Below, piece after piece: positions 39,601 to 53,800 of a stretch of 64,000 bases of DNA (position 1 is its first letter; each line of letters begins with the position of its first letter). The position numbers and the translations under genes are program-made. Under the pieces are notes generated by a model. It searched no databases. It worked only from the letters and a program-made list of their open reading frames with translations, and was not told the DNA's origin. Source of the stretch: Fimbriosthenelais zetlandica (taxonomy: Eukaryota); contig OZ365112.1 in assembly GCA_977030845.1 (NCBI GenBank), positions 13,268,001 to 13,332,000 on the forward strand, given 5' to 3'.

Positions 39601-42600
39601 ACTAATTGAGAAAAACATGGACACTGGAATTCTATAGATCTATATGAAGATATATGATATCTCAAGGCAGGGAACCTTTCTGCGACTAACGTTTTATGGC
39701 TTCAAAATGGAAATAGGTTAATGATGGGGAGGTGGGTATATTAATCACCAGTTTGACCATAATACTAATTAGTGTGCAGCATGAGGAAGCCATCCACACA
39801 CCAGATGTGGGCTCTGGTCTATCGTCAGGCTCAACATTATGCCTTCAGGGTCATTGCGGCCTTGTGGACGGCCTCCATTGGCCTGGTATGATTATTACGT
39901 AGGCAAACATTGGTGAATTAACAGCTGAGGTATGAGGTCCATCACCTCACCATCTAATGTGTATGGCAATCATATGGAAAGTGGGTCAATGCATGTAGTA
40001 CACAGATGCCCTTTCATGTCCATGTCGTAAATTTTGGACTTGGGCTAAATCAGATCCGACAGATCAGGGGTTGGATGTGAAAGGAGGAGGAGTTGGATGT
40101 GTCAGAGAAGAGAGGTTGTACTAATAAAACATGTCAGTGAAGCTTATAAATGTAGTTAGAATAATTACTAATGGTGGTCAATTATTAAACAAATTGTGAA
40201 TAAGTCTAATATATACTATACTTGTAAGCGTATACTAATACCCCTCGCAATAAAGTCTTATCTCCTATCCCTTTACATCCTTTGAATACAGGGTTTTGTC
40301 TGCCTCTTGAAAGTTATATCACTTTGAAGCAGCCTGGAAAAACTTTCTTCTGTTCCCATGGAAATAAAAGGGGGAATTTAAGAGCTTTATCACATCTTGG
40401 TTGAGCTGTTGTGGTCACTGGGGACATTTCAGACCCCGTTTTATGTACTAACAGACCATTGCGGACTCTTATCAGGCAACAAAATTGGGAATCCACAGGA
40501 AAATTACCATCTTGAAATCCCCTCCGACTTGGACTTTTAAAAATTGAAAACAATACATTGCCTCATAAACTAAGGTTTGCTTTCCTAGACTGTTCTCAGT
40601 TGGATCATACTGTAGACCTATAGCTATAGTATCTAATGCACTACATGAAACTACATGCCCTCCCTGACCTTCCGGAGTACTTCCAGCCAGCTTCCGTTAA
40701 GATCTTCCGGCTGTACAGTGTAGCAGTAACTTAAAGTGGAATTTTCTATTAGATTAGCACATTACTAAGAGATTAAGTCTCATGGACAAAGCACAGAAGT
40801 TGTTGGAGTTTGTGTTGCTCGTCAGGCTTATCAATACGCTGGCAACACTTGGGAACAACAAAAACCAAACTCCCCTGATGAGACAGCAGCAACTTGCTGA
40901 AAAGCCATATCTGACAAAGAGATAAGTGAAATGTCAACCAAGGGAGCTGCTTACCCCCATGTGATAAGAAGCACGGGGCAAATAAAGCATATAGAAATCC
41001 GTCCAATCTTTGTTTGCCTCAATTCACCAATGGAATAAAATCTCCCCGATACAAATCGCTTTGGATGGAGCTATACCCCCTATGGCTCTAAATAGATCAT
41101 ATCCCAATTGATGTGATTGTGATCGACAAGCCAAACAGGTCTTGCATACATACGCTGCTCCCCCAGGGATGCTCGGGTACCTGTTTCTGCAACCTTTTGG
41201 GAGTTGCAATTGGAAAATAATGTGTTTGTCTCGTGTGTGCGGCCGTAAACAGAAGCGTCCCATACAACTGTACATTATGAAGAGAGGATTGTACTAATTG
41301 TCTAGGACATAAAGCCATATGTATTGGGTAATGTTGGCATTCTTTGTTCAGATAAACATACAGCAGTATAATACCTTACACAACAGCTTTCCGTTGTTGA
41401 GTATTAGAATCGCCAAGTATGAATAGGACTGAATATTACTGATGAAAACAGGCAGGAAAGCAGTATCACTGGAAAATTTGGGCACTTTTTTTCTCATCGG
41501 GTATGGAGCATCTTTTTCTGTCATGTCATTACCTTGAGACCACCAAAGCTCTGGGCCAATTTGTCAGAGTCAAGAGGGAAATTAACTGTACCACTTACAC
41601 ACTACCAGACCAACACTCAAGACTGAGAACCAACCAGTTAAAGGCCTTTATACCAAAAATACACGAGGAATCCATAAAGTGCCATTTTCAGATCCACCTC
41701 AGAAGTACGTTTTTATGAAAGGTGATTGTACAGACCTTTTTTTCTTTTTGTTTTTTTTAGACAAATATTTTTGTGTCATTTAAATGAGATATTACGCACG
41801 AGATGGGGAGACACTTCACATCAGTGCAAAGGCATTAAGAACCATGAATATTCCTAGTGGTTAATTGTAAAAGGAATCAAATTGACTTGTTCCAAACTAA
41901 ACAGAGAGCTTGCACTTCTATGGTATTCCACTGGTGTTCGGGCTGCCTGATTCAATAGACGCAGAGGAGAGAACGGGGGAATTTGAGCTGAATTAAAACC
42001 ACAAAGTCAGAAATTCCAATCTAAATATCTCCCCTTTCCAAACCAGTTCTCAAGCGGGGCTCACATTGGCGACCGCATTGAATTTCCATCAATCACCATA
42101 ACCATTTCACGATTAAATTAGCAATTTCCAACTATTCCTTTGCATTGAATAGAAGCATAGAAATCCCAACTGGTTTGGAGTAGTAGGGCTGGACCTATCT
42201 GGACCATTGAACAAATAGTTCTTGCCTTCAATATCTACTTTTGGCGACTTGGCCATGCTGGGATGAATCCAAATATGTCAGGCGTATACCCTCAGGGTGA
42301 AAATGATAAATGACAGAATGTTGGAGTTGTGGGAGATGGTCTTACTACTATTGCATCCCTTGGGAGCATGTCATTTATCCCAGGTGCACTGAGAAACTCA
42401 AGTGTTTGTCATTAATACCAGTGGAGGTGTTTGCCGTTAATTTTCCATCACACATGCCACTATTGGAGGGAGTATTTACACTGGGCACGGTGCCTGCTTG
42501 GAGGCCTGTGAGCAACTCATTTCACAACCATGGAGCAGCTCCAGTGAGCCATTTCAGACACTTGAAGTGAGCCAGGAATGGGTGGGCGCCATTTCATTAT

Positions 42601-44296
42601 TTCAGCAACAAAGCCCATCCCAAATTATTTTTACAGCATTCAAGGTTTCTTACATGTAGTTTCATGTTACTTTTAGGTACTTTTAGTTTTTGTCAAAACT
42701 GAAACACACCACTTGGCTTTTCACTTTGATCAGCCCACGATTTTCAATTGCTGTAACATTAGACAAAATGTGAACATTTGAAATAGAGCTCCCATGTGAC
42801 TTGTAAAATAATTAAGTAATGAGAAGAGAAATAGAAGAGGGCTTAAATTCATGCCGGGCCGTGTCGGGTTAAGAAAAATTCCCTTTTCATTTCGGCCTCA
42901 AGGAAACTCCTCTTTCAAAAGGCTGTAGGAAGCACCCATCACAAATTCAAAGCATTCGTGTAAGCTTCACAGTTGAGGTGTTCCAGTATTCAATTTGGGA
43001 TCAGCAGTTGCTGGGTGCAACACGTGCTCCAATTGTGCTCAAACAAATTAAGGTCTTACACTGGAAAATCCTGTGTTACAAAAAGGAGACGCAGGTGTAG
43101 CGGAAGTGTCTTTTATATTAAACCTGTGGCTGCATCCTAGGCCAGGCGGGATGGCACTGCAGGTTAGGTGCGTCAAGGCCAGGGTCTGAGAGAATATTTG
43201 AGTGGTAAGACATGGTCTAACTGCAAAACCTTGTTTTTCTTTAAACTGATAAAAGCAGACTGATGTTACCTTCAGACCCATATATACAGGAGTAGGAAGA
43301 CTAAATTGAGATAGTCAGCCAAACTTACAACACCCACTCCCTATAGACTCCACTCATATCTTAAGAGGTTCATAGAATTATGAACTGGCTTCAGAATCTC
43401 TGGGGGTTTTCTACTAATGATGCCGCAATGTATTAAATGTCTGACATAAGTAGCATCTTTCACTACAATACATTGTTAAAACATCCATTTTTGGCTCACA
43501 GGGGAGGAGGCTTATATCATGGTAGACTTGCTCGAGTCTGGTAGATCACCAGTAGCCCTATAAAGTCACATCTTTATTAAGATCTAAGGGACCAACTGGT
43601 GGCTATTATACAGAGAACAATCAAAGTAATCGCGTTATCCAAAATAGCCATCCATGGCCATGTAATGGGAGTCTTTGTTTATGGGTTATGGGGGTACTGG
43701 AAGTGTTATCTCAGGGTGATTGTTTGGGGAAATTGACATAAAAACGAAAAAAAAATCTACCAAATTGTTTTCCTGACAGAGGATATATACTCAACGATAT
43801 ACTAAAATCTAAATTAGTTGCATAAATTACAAATATTGAATGATATGTAATGTAAGATGCAAACATAAACCTCAATGACATTAAACATATGGGCAATTAA
43901 TGAATGCATGCTGAATACAAATGTCTAGTTATATCACATTAAGGATTATATACAACCATGGGTTTTACATAAAAATGTCCCTTTACATAGATATTGGGTA
44001 CGATTTTTATGTGTAAAGATTAAAATCTAACAGATATGTCAGAACGGCAACAGTGCTGCATATCATTATTGTTAGTGGCATAATTGACACAAGCACATTG
44101 TGGTGTTGGGGGGTTGCTAGTACGTAATGTTTCTTCCATCCCTCCCTTTTATATGACCATTTCCTAAAACATTACCTTATCCTAAACACTTAGTTTCCTA
44201 TACCAGTGAAACAAGAATATCAATGAAAGAATGATTACTTAACACTAGATGTAAATAATAAATTGTTAGAAATAAATGACATAATGACAAACTTAC

Positions 44297-44892
44297 CCAT
44301 GATTATTGAGTATCTGCATGGCCAGTTGTTTGAAGTCCTCGAACACTTCAGGTTCCTGCTGTATCCACTCTATGGCCTCCTTCTCTGACATAGTTCTTAT
44401 GGCTCGGCGGACTTTCTCCTGCCTTTCCGACTCCCTCAGACTCCGTTCATAATCGGGGTATTCACGGCAGCAGAGAATACATCCCAGCACATAAATTGCT
44501 ATTCCCACACCAATACACACGGGTCCAAAAATCTGGAACGGTCTAATGGCCGTGCCCAGATAGCCCCAAATACACAGAGCAATGCCTGCAATGATAAAAA
44601 GCATGGCCAGGCCAAAGAGACACTGACCGATGGTTCTCAGGGTAGGCTGCCATAAGCGACATAATCGTCGCCATGCTGTTAACATTGCCGAAGTACATCT
44701 TGGGACCGATTTTGCCTCGCCAGCCGGTCCTGTCCACATGGGGGTGGAGGAAAAATGGTGTTGAGTGCCTCCTGATAGGCAAGGGGACTCACAGGAGGTA
44801 GAGCATTTGGCAGGAAGGTAGGTGACTGATGAGGAGTCACCACAGCGAGTTGAGGGCTCACTCGACGTAGAGTTCTTAGTGTTGGTTACCAT
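44297..44892 (-). CDS. First coding exon of an uncharacterised two-transmembrane-helix protein (resembles the TMEM100/PIRT/TMEM171-type hairpin architecture)
   Basis: ATG at 44892; S/T/C-rich N-terminus; TM1 CLFGLAMLFIIAGIALCIWGYL; TM2 IFGPVCIGVGIAIYVLGCILCC; charged helix after TM2; ends at a consensus donor GG|GTAAGT (phase 2). Confidence 0.8.
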
Positions 44893-47800
44893 GCTGAGAT
44901 CTCCTCAGTGCACAAAGCCATAGCTTTAACCTTCTGATCTTTGCAGTTTGTCTCCCTCTTAATTATATCCTTGTTGTATGAAGGTGTGAGAACCTTTAGC
45001 ATAGTCTTCTATCGTAATCCACAAACGACACTCGCCATCCATTGTACCTTAGTAAATCTGTTCTCACACAAGATGCAAATACCAGTACATTCCAGGAATT
45101 AAATATCTCCTTAGAGCATGGATCATTTCAACATTTCCAAAGTACATACCGTTTAATAATCAGACTCCATAGTTCCATCCATCAACAGGCTACCTTCACC
45201 CCGGCACGTTGGATCCTGGAACTCATCACTTGTTATCTGAAATAAAGATAGAACTCCAATCAGAAACATTTTTTAATTCTACAGCTTTCAGTCATCCCAC
45301 AAATTTACATGAAATTGCAATGGCCTTGTCAATAAGACAAGATCCTTACATCAATAAAGCATGATGTCTTTGATCAGTAGTACTGGATGGTAAGTGAAGT
45401 CACACAGCCTGTAATCCATTCACTCAATCAATGAGGCCCGCTACAAGCGATGACAACACGAGCCGGTATTGGTATTAAACAGCCTGGAACACTATTGGTG
45501 GTATTAAAGAGCAAAGTCAATAACTTTGTTCAATCATTCCCGGTGCAGGGACAATAAAGTATTATGTTTGTAGTTCCATTGTATCTTGCACAGTGTTTAA
45601 GCAATGGACCACGAACAATTTTAGTGCATGCAGCATTGTAATCATTACAATGAGATCAATTTCACTGACCTGTGTTCAAATAACCTGTTCAACTGGACTT
45701 GATTGATTGTATGAATTTCAACTTCCAGACTTGATAATAGCTCTTATACTATATTATATCCTTGGAGTTATTTTCTTTTTGATTCTGACTGCTTTAGCCA
45801 CGTTGCCTCATGTGAGGTTCTGAGAGGACTGTGAGCTTCTCTCATTGAGCAAGTGGCTGCAGCGGCTAACGGACACACCCCAAACCACCTCCACCTCCAG
45901 CACCTATGCTCCAGCCTTAAATGCCTCAACTCATTGGAGCGAGTAGCGCCGATAGAAGCACAGGTCTGCTCCAGGGTGGAGGGTGGAGGGAGAGAGTCAG
46001 CTGCTGGCTGTAACAGGGACTTGTCTCTAGGTATAAGTGTGTGTGTCTGGTTCTTTGATTGTGAGTGGATCCTACTCCTCCAGACCTCCCTCCTCCGTCT
46101 ACTCCTCTGGAGGAACTGCCTCTCCTGGTTGGGGAGTGGAGGGTCCTGACTGCCTTATCTAATGCCACTGGCTTTGGTTCAATGGCAATAACCTCGGAGA
46201 CTCTGATTGCTTTGCCAAGTTAACATAGCGAGTGGTTCTGGTTGCATCGATCCTAAAGGAGATCTGTTGCTAGGAGGATCGGGTGTGGAGGGAAAGAAAG
46301 TTTGAAAGACTGAGATTCGCACGAGGGGATACTGATAGGGAAGGTACACCAGTATGAAACGAACTGAGAGGGTCGAAACTGGGGTAATAATGGGGAGGCA
46401 GGGACAGAATATGGACAGTGAGACAGATAGGGATACATGCATGAATAGATGTACAATGTCCATGCATATCCTTAGTTGGAATTAGTTGCATAAACCTATA
46501 CATGTACACTACAAAACCGACAACAAATGTTCAAATGATGATCCAGAGGTCGTTCTATTCTGTATAAGCAGCCAATGGAGTGCAATTACACAGCTTTTGT
46601 GTGAATTCCCATCTGTGAATGCACATAAAGTTGCATCCCATTCGTTAACTGTAATTCATGAGAATAATGGGACGTACAGTATCTGATTATACAGATGTAT
46701 GTCCAGATAAGTGGTGACCAGATCACTATCATTTAAAGAAGATAAGCATTTTGCTTTTATTCACAGGAGGTTAAACGAGTTCAATGTTTCACATAAACAT
46801 GTGATGTGTTGTATTTTAAGTGACATTTTCTCCTTCAATTTGCATTTTTAGTGGGGATTTACATTAATGGTAGGTATATCGATTCTCCACCAGAGATGAA
46901 TCCCGAAAATTGCAAGGGGTGGAACCAAGTACATACCGTGAAAAAGGCAAGGAGGAGCACTGGGAACGTAAAAGCAATGTGTAATGATATTTTTGTTCTC
47001 CTCAAGACATTTCTTATTTGTCAGCATCTGTGTATCTAAGAGACAGCCATCACAAGACAGTCATCAACCACATTTTATCCTGATCAAGGGTAAGTGGTAG
47101 CAACTGTTTGCCTGATGCTCGTGATCACATTTATCGCCTCTCTCTTTCTAATCATTCAATACAACAGATCCAGTCACGCAACCATCATCAGAATCCCTTT
47201 AGCTCAAAGTCTGTTTTCTTATTATGTCCCTTCAGGGCCAGGCATAAACTAGGCCTACTGTTTCAATACATAATCATTATCCTATTCTATTGATATCGAT
47301 TTTCCATAAATTTATGCAAATGTATATGGAAAACAAGCGTTTGCTTCAGTGAGAGAGATAGGGAAATACAGGAGATAGGAGAGGGATATAATGAGTGGCC
47401 TTGAATCGTTATAGTTCTGACATTCAGGCGTTTTAATCAATATATATGAAGGGCATAGCATTGTAAAGACAATTTGTCTCAGTGAAAGGCAGATATTGAC
47501 GTTTTCATGTCACATGTCTCGTGTGCTGGTCAATTATATATCAGTCAATATAGGCAACAGACACAGAGACCCACACACAGGAATTAATGGCCAGTCTGAT
47601 AGCCAACTTCCCAACACGTGCAGCTGCTTGCTCTCTGAAACTTTGATGAGAAGTGTGGGAGAAGTGTAAAGACCTACGCCGTAACAGGAAGGCCTTCTAA
47701 TTATAATGGGAGAAGCTCTACCTCCACTAACACGATCAAGGTGGGGTTATCTATGAATAATATTATATTTTATACCTTGGATGGATATTTTGGATGGAGC

Positions 47801-50800
47801 AAAATTAAAACAAATAAGAATTGGATCTGTCTATAAGGTTTTTTTAGTAACATATTTCCCAGGAGAAAAGCATTGTCATCTCAATGACTAAATTCAATAC
47901 TAAGTTTAATCGCCACCATTATTAATGTGACGTCACTCATCATCTATTGGGAGACCATTGGGGATTGGGGAGAGATGAGCAGACGTTTGGCTCGAATATG
48001 TAGTTCATCAATAACATCAATTGAGTAGCGGGTGGTTTGACCCCGTCATAATGTATATATGGATCACTAAAGCAGTAATGCATTCAATTATAACATGAAG
48101 CTCAGTATCAGATTCCTTTATATAAAAGAACCATAGTTGACCGAGATGCCTCTCTTACATACAAAGACTCCATTCATCACCTAATGTGTCTATATACAAA
48201 AATTGGCTTAGATATACGAGGTTATTATATTTGGAATGCGGATGGATTATGAGTTGTGTTGGATACAAAATACAACACCACTCAACTGCCTATACAGTTT
48301 GAAACTGGCATGGGCCCTTCTACTGAGAGAGAGCAGGTCGAGTTCGAGTATGTCAGGGTCTCGCACTCAATCCTTGCCAAAAATTACTTAGATTGCCAAT
48401 CATTAGCCAAGGAATAATGTATAAAACAGAAGGAAGAAACCAGAGAAAACTGTAAAGGATAACGATGCATGAGCAGCAAAGCCATAAAGCCTTTAAGAGC
48501 TTCGTTGTAAATAACAACAGCTTTTAGTTATATAAACCATTCTGGTGGGAAGCCACCACCTGACAATGTTAAAACATGTCCATAAATACAAGCAGGCGGA
48601 GTCCATCTGAGTGGTTCATGTTTATGACTGCAAAAAGTCTTTATAGGCATCTGAGACAAGTGCTCAATATATAGGATGGTTGTTGGGAGGAAATAGAAAA
48701 AAAGAAAAAATGTTATTTTTCTGCGGGAATGGAAAGCCCTCAACAAAGTAATCTATTTACGGGTTCTGGCATAACATATTCCTTCAAAACGGGAGCAGAT
48801 GTATTGAGTTAATATAAAATCCAATAAAATATTATGCACTATATATGCAGTCAAGTATTGAATAAGTACATGTAAGCCTTCTGATTATTCTTCCATTATT
48901 TGTTACTTCAGTTTTAAACACCTCTATAAAATCTTTGATTCCGTTTCCTCAATGTTCTCTTCGCGTGTCAAATACAAATTTAAAGGGAGAAAATGGACAA
49001 ATGGGATCAGGACTACACCCTGACCATTCAAGCCACACACTGAAAACCGCAATTTTATCGTTTTCACGAGAGGATTATGACGGAATTTGCTTCAAGGCGA
49101 ATGTTTATTGAGATAATATAACATTAAAGACAGGTCCACCTGAAGCCAAAATTTTCTCAGGGAAAAATATCATTACACAATTTCTGCCGCCGGTCCCAAA
49201 TCACACAAGATATATTTTCTGCTTTTCTAGTCTACATGAGATGGGCGATGAAAGTTTGTCTTCAATCACCGGATTCTGCCGCCAGACATATCGTCTGTAT
49301 TGTGCGCCTGGTTCAGGGTTAATGTAGGAAGGTGGCCATGGTCAGAAGCGATTCACAAGGCTTATATTCTATATCTCCTGCATGACCAAGCTTGTGATTC
49401 ACTGTTCTCTACACGCAATATAACTCCATAGTACCACTTCACTTCAATAGCTGTATGGACCTGTGAAAAGGGCCTTTGGAGAGGGCAATGAGTTATAGGG
49501 CCTAGTATCTACAGGTTTCCATCAAATATTGGAATACTTTCACAATGCATTTCAATTTTTCACATTCTGTTATTCAGAAATTTCTATTTTGTACTGCTCT
49601 CTAATGTGCCTGTGGTATTAGTAACTTTTCACATACTACTTTCCGCCATATATATGTGAACCAACCACATATTTCCAGCCATTCAAAATGATCTCGGCTC
49701 CTAATAACGTCTCCCAAATGAATAATAATGTTTGTGTTCAGTATATCTCTATGATCATGGGAGTGATACAAGTAGGTACCGATCTACATATTCATGATTA
49801 ATTTTTCCCACTTGAATCATTATAATTGGGGAGTTGCTGTGGGAGTGAATGTACATTCTGGAGGCGGGGCAAATTGTGTCATTCATTATATATATTCTTG
49901 ACTGAAGATTCAGTTATATTCCGTACCACATGTATGTGGCATAGAAATGTGGCAATCATTATTCAGTATTCATAAGTAAGTGATAGATATTCCATTTCTC
50001 CCGTGAAACTTTCCATCCAATAATTACATGGGTCATCATGCAATCTTCAAAAGATTGGTTTTATATTTGATATAAACTTTAAATTTAAATCGGTGGATTT
50101 GCAGTTGCTGCGTCTTAAGCAATAAATAATGTATTTACTAAGAGGCGTTGCTGGTCGCTGGCATAAGATAAGAGGATTTGGGTGTTGTTTTATGTGGTAG
50201 ATAACAGGTGGAGATTTTTAGGGATTAACTTTCATCAGTGCTGAGTGAAATCACCACCTTGCAGCAGCTAATATTTTCTATTCCCCAGTTTCAGAGAAAG
50301 TTTAATTATGTTTTATGGGAGTTTTTAATGCATGGGTATTCACATAGCAAAGACTGGTGAATAATTTTAGGGGACAATAATCTTTAAAATTCTATCTAGT
50401 TCATCGTGGATTCCCTTAAAGGTATCAGTCGCATTAAATGTTGGAGTGACCAGGCCAATTATGTCAGGTGTCCTACAATGATACATTCCATGATGTGTTA
50501 GAATGTCACTTGGACATTACCGACATCTAAGCCATTAGCTGTCATGCACTTGGAGGAAATACTAGCATCAGCTTCACTAGGTCTGACATCTGACACAAAA
50601 AGATCTGTCTAACGTGGAAGACGTGTGTCCAATCGCCTGTCCTCCCTTGCACCAATCCCTCTCTTCATTATTGTCACTCCTCCCGTTCCCAGTCAATATG
50701 TGTGTCCATCCATCCACTGTTCAGCACGTGTCACCCCATTCACTCAGACTTGCTGAAATTGAGAACCAATTGATTCCTATAATTGCAATGCCTAGTGACA

Positions 50801-53800
50801 CAGACTAACCCCGAACAGTGGGAGTATGGACAGGGCACAAATCTAACCCTGTCTCAGGGGTAAAGAAGAAAGAAACCCGAGGTTCGTTACCTCAAAGAAA
50901 TCCTTAATATTGTTCACTAGTCTCACTGCATGTAGGCCCTACTGAATAACAGAATGATTCCGCAAATGTAAAGTCAACTTGTGGAACCTATAGCCTTGTG
51001 GGGCAGCGGATAGACAGTGATCTTTAAAAGTACAGTAATAAAATCCATTCATCTGATTAAATGGGACTGACTCAGGCCGGGATATCTCCATTTACTTTGC
51101 TCTATTTGGTCATCCCAAACCACCTTACCGAAGTGTATCTGGTGCAATTCGCTTTCGAATGACTGGACAATTACTGTATTCTATTTTTTTATAACAAAGG
51201 GCATAAGACCGGCCATAGCAACAAATTACACCGATGCTGTTGTTCAACATAAGCCAATTTCGGTTAACTACAGCGCCTCGATGTATGCACCTGATGTAAG
51301 TACCAATATGGTTAGAAATATTGTTACAGCCAGAATAAGTAAAAACCCGCATGGTCCCTAGCTCTGATGCTCTATTTCAAACAGAACCGAGTAGGGTGAA
51401 GAGTGAAGACCAGTGTGGAGGCTATATGTATGTATTGGATGTGCTATTTGGTAGCCATCTCACGTTCACCCATCACATGTCCCTTTGTTATTGCTTCCCA
51501 GCCAGAAGGGGCTTCACACCCGTGTCATGGACTACTGAACAATACACACCGCAGTCTGGACATCACCAGCCAATTGCTCACACCGGCTTACCCACTTGTA
51601 GGAGCCACTCCCTTATCACTGTCTCTGATGAACTGAACATTAACTTTCTATAACACTAAAACCTGTTAAAGTGTAAGTGGCTGTTCCATGCTCTATAAAG
51701 ACCATTATCTCCACCGGGTTAATGGGTTATAATCCTTCCACTAATGACTAAAGCATGTAGAATTACATAAGAAATGACTTGCCTGATCCAACTACCGATG
51801 AAGTATAGTGTCAACTGTAATTGGTGGATTTGGAGCGGAGAAGCATGACAATCCTTCATTCTGGGGACATTCTGTCTATCAGGAATTGAGCAGGTATAGC
51901 TGGCTCGCATACCTATATTGCATTGGGTCCTGATGGAATGGCGAGTGGTTCATGAGCATATCGTGTCGCTCGCGCCACACTATAAAATGAGTAGAGAATG
52001 AGGGGAGGTAGTAGTGGAGGCGGTCTGGGCAGGCTGGTCACATTACACATGCATTGGCCATCATCGATCTATAAGCGCCAGTCCAGGCAAAAACAAGCGT
52101 TTCCTGAAAGCCGGGGCTGGCGGGGTGTGATCCTGATGTGCTGGTACCTAAATACCCCCTCATCCGGCCCGCATCCACGCCCCCACCATCGCCAAATGGC
52201 ATCGCTTCTGGTGTTTCTGATGAGCACACTACACAAGTTTGTCCCCTCTTTAAACTCTAAAGCAGATCCTGGTCCTCTTGTGCCAGAGGTAGAGACTGAC
52301 AATAGGTTGATGATAAACCGTCTTGGATACCAATGATTGAGTGATCCGAGTAGTATTGAATTGCGCTCAGTAAAATGGTTCACTACTCCGTCTCGGAACT
52401 TATTTCCAATTTAATGCAACAGACATTATGGTTGCAGTAATGGTAGTTAGGAACTCTGACTGCTTAAAATAAGTCTCAGGCTACCGACAAGTCATATCAA
52501 AACTATGCTACCAACTTCCAAATTGATAAAAAAAAATATCTCCTCTCCAACCCCATAGTCTAACAAATTTCAAACTGTTGAGAAAAGCGTGCCCACTTAT
52601 AATATGCTACTCAATGATGTAGAAGAACCTGACAAATTAGACATCCTAAGAAAATAGTACCAACCTATTGATGATAAATGACAGCCAGAAGCTACTTAAT
52701 GCTTACTGACAAAAATAAGCCTGTGGCCTTCTTGACTGAGCTATATACAGAGATCACATGGTCACAGAAAGGCAGAGACCTCTGGAGCGTTGCAACACAG
52801 TAAGTGGTGGCACTTTGAAGAGATAAATCAGCCAAAAACACTGCAGTTTACAACCAGAGCCATCAACGGTAAGGTTCTACGTTTTCATGTGTCTGCCCAC
52901 CAACAACTAAGTTTGGAAACAGGGCTGACAAGTACTGGATGAAGAGCTCTTGACATCCTCTCTCCATTAATGAGCTTGCCTTAAGGCAGGACCACACGAA
53001 GTCGATAAAATAGACTCAAGGCATTCATGTCATGAAGAATACCAACTATATAAACTCAGAATGCTTGGCAGTGAATCCTGTCCTTCATCGCTTTTTTCCC
53101 TTCAAAATTTGGGGTCTATAAAGCCTATGTCTGTGATAAGGAGGACACAGTGGCTTTTGGCTGTAATCCCTGATTCTGATTCTGACAAGGACAGACATAG
53201 TGCGTCTTGGATTTAAGCCCACATGGGGCAATGATTGAGGATCACGTTTTACGGTGGATTGCAGCTGGCTGCCTCCCGTCACTGTTCACAAATCCCAGCT
53301 TGAGTTTTCGATGTGATGTAGAGGGGGTCTCACAGATAGAACTAATGAGGCAACGGCCGACTGTCCACTCCAACCCGTCCCGTGCAACACTCAAGATGCA
53401 ACCACTGAGATACCCTATCAGAAACAAATCCAGAAATACGGGCTAGCGGACAGAGAACCCTGAGCTGGGTGTAGAAGGAATAGGGTTTATTATTCCCAGT
53501 TCCATAATTTTATCAGTAAAAGGGGAAATCAAGTGTCCATGCGTGGGAACGGGTTGAGTCTTATATATTTCTGAACATTTCACATGGGGTTGGGGATCAA
53601 CAATGGACGCATTATTTGGTCAAGCTGATAGCTTTGTGACCACCTTGTAAAATTCAGAAAGAAAATTGTTGAAAAAAATAGATGGTGAAAAATGTACTTG
53701 CACATCATATCACCGTACACACACCCTTCACCTGCCTCCCCTCACCCTCCCACAACCCATGACAGGAAGGTGATGGAGATAGATTTGAAATCCACCCAAC

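Noticed and set aside
40875-40903. Hammerhead-like CTGATGA...GAAA
   Set aside because: Stem II does not close in register and no stems I/III or NUH site could be paired.
40773-41318. Cluster of overlapping 70-80 aa minus-strand ORFs suggesting a pseudogene
   Set aside because: No recognisable domain, no splice logic, and stops in all frames.
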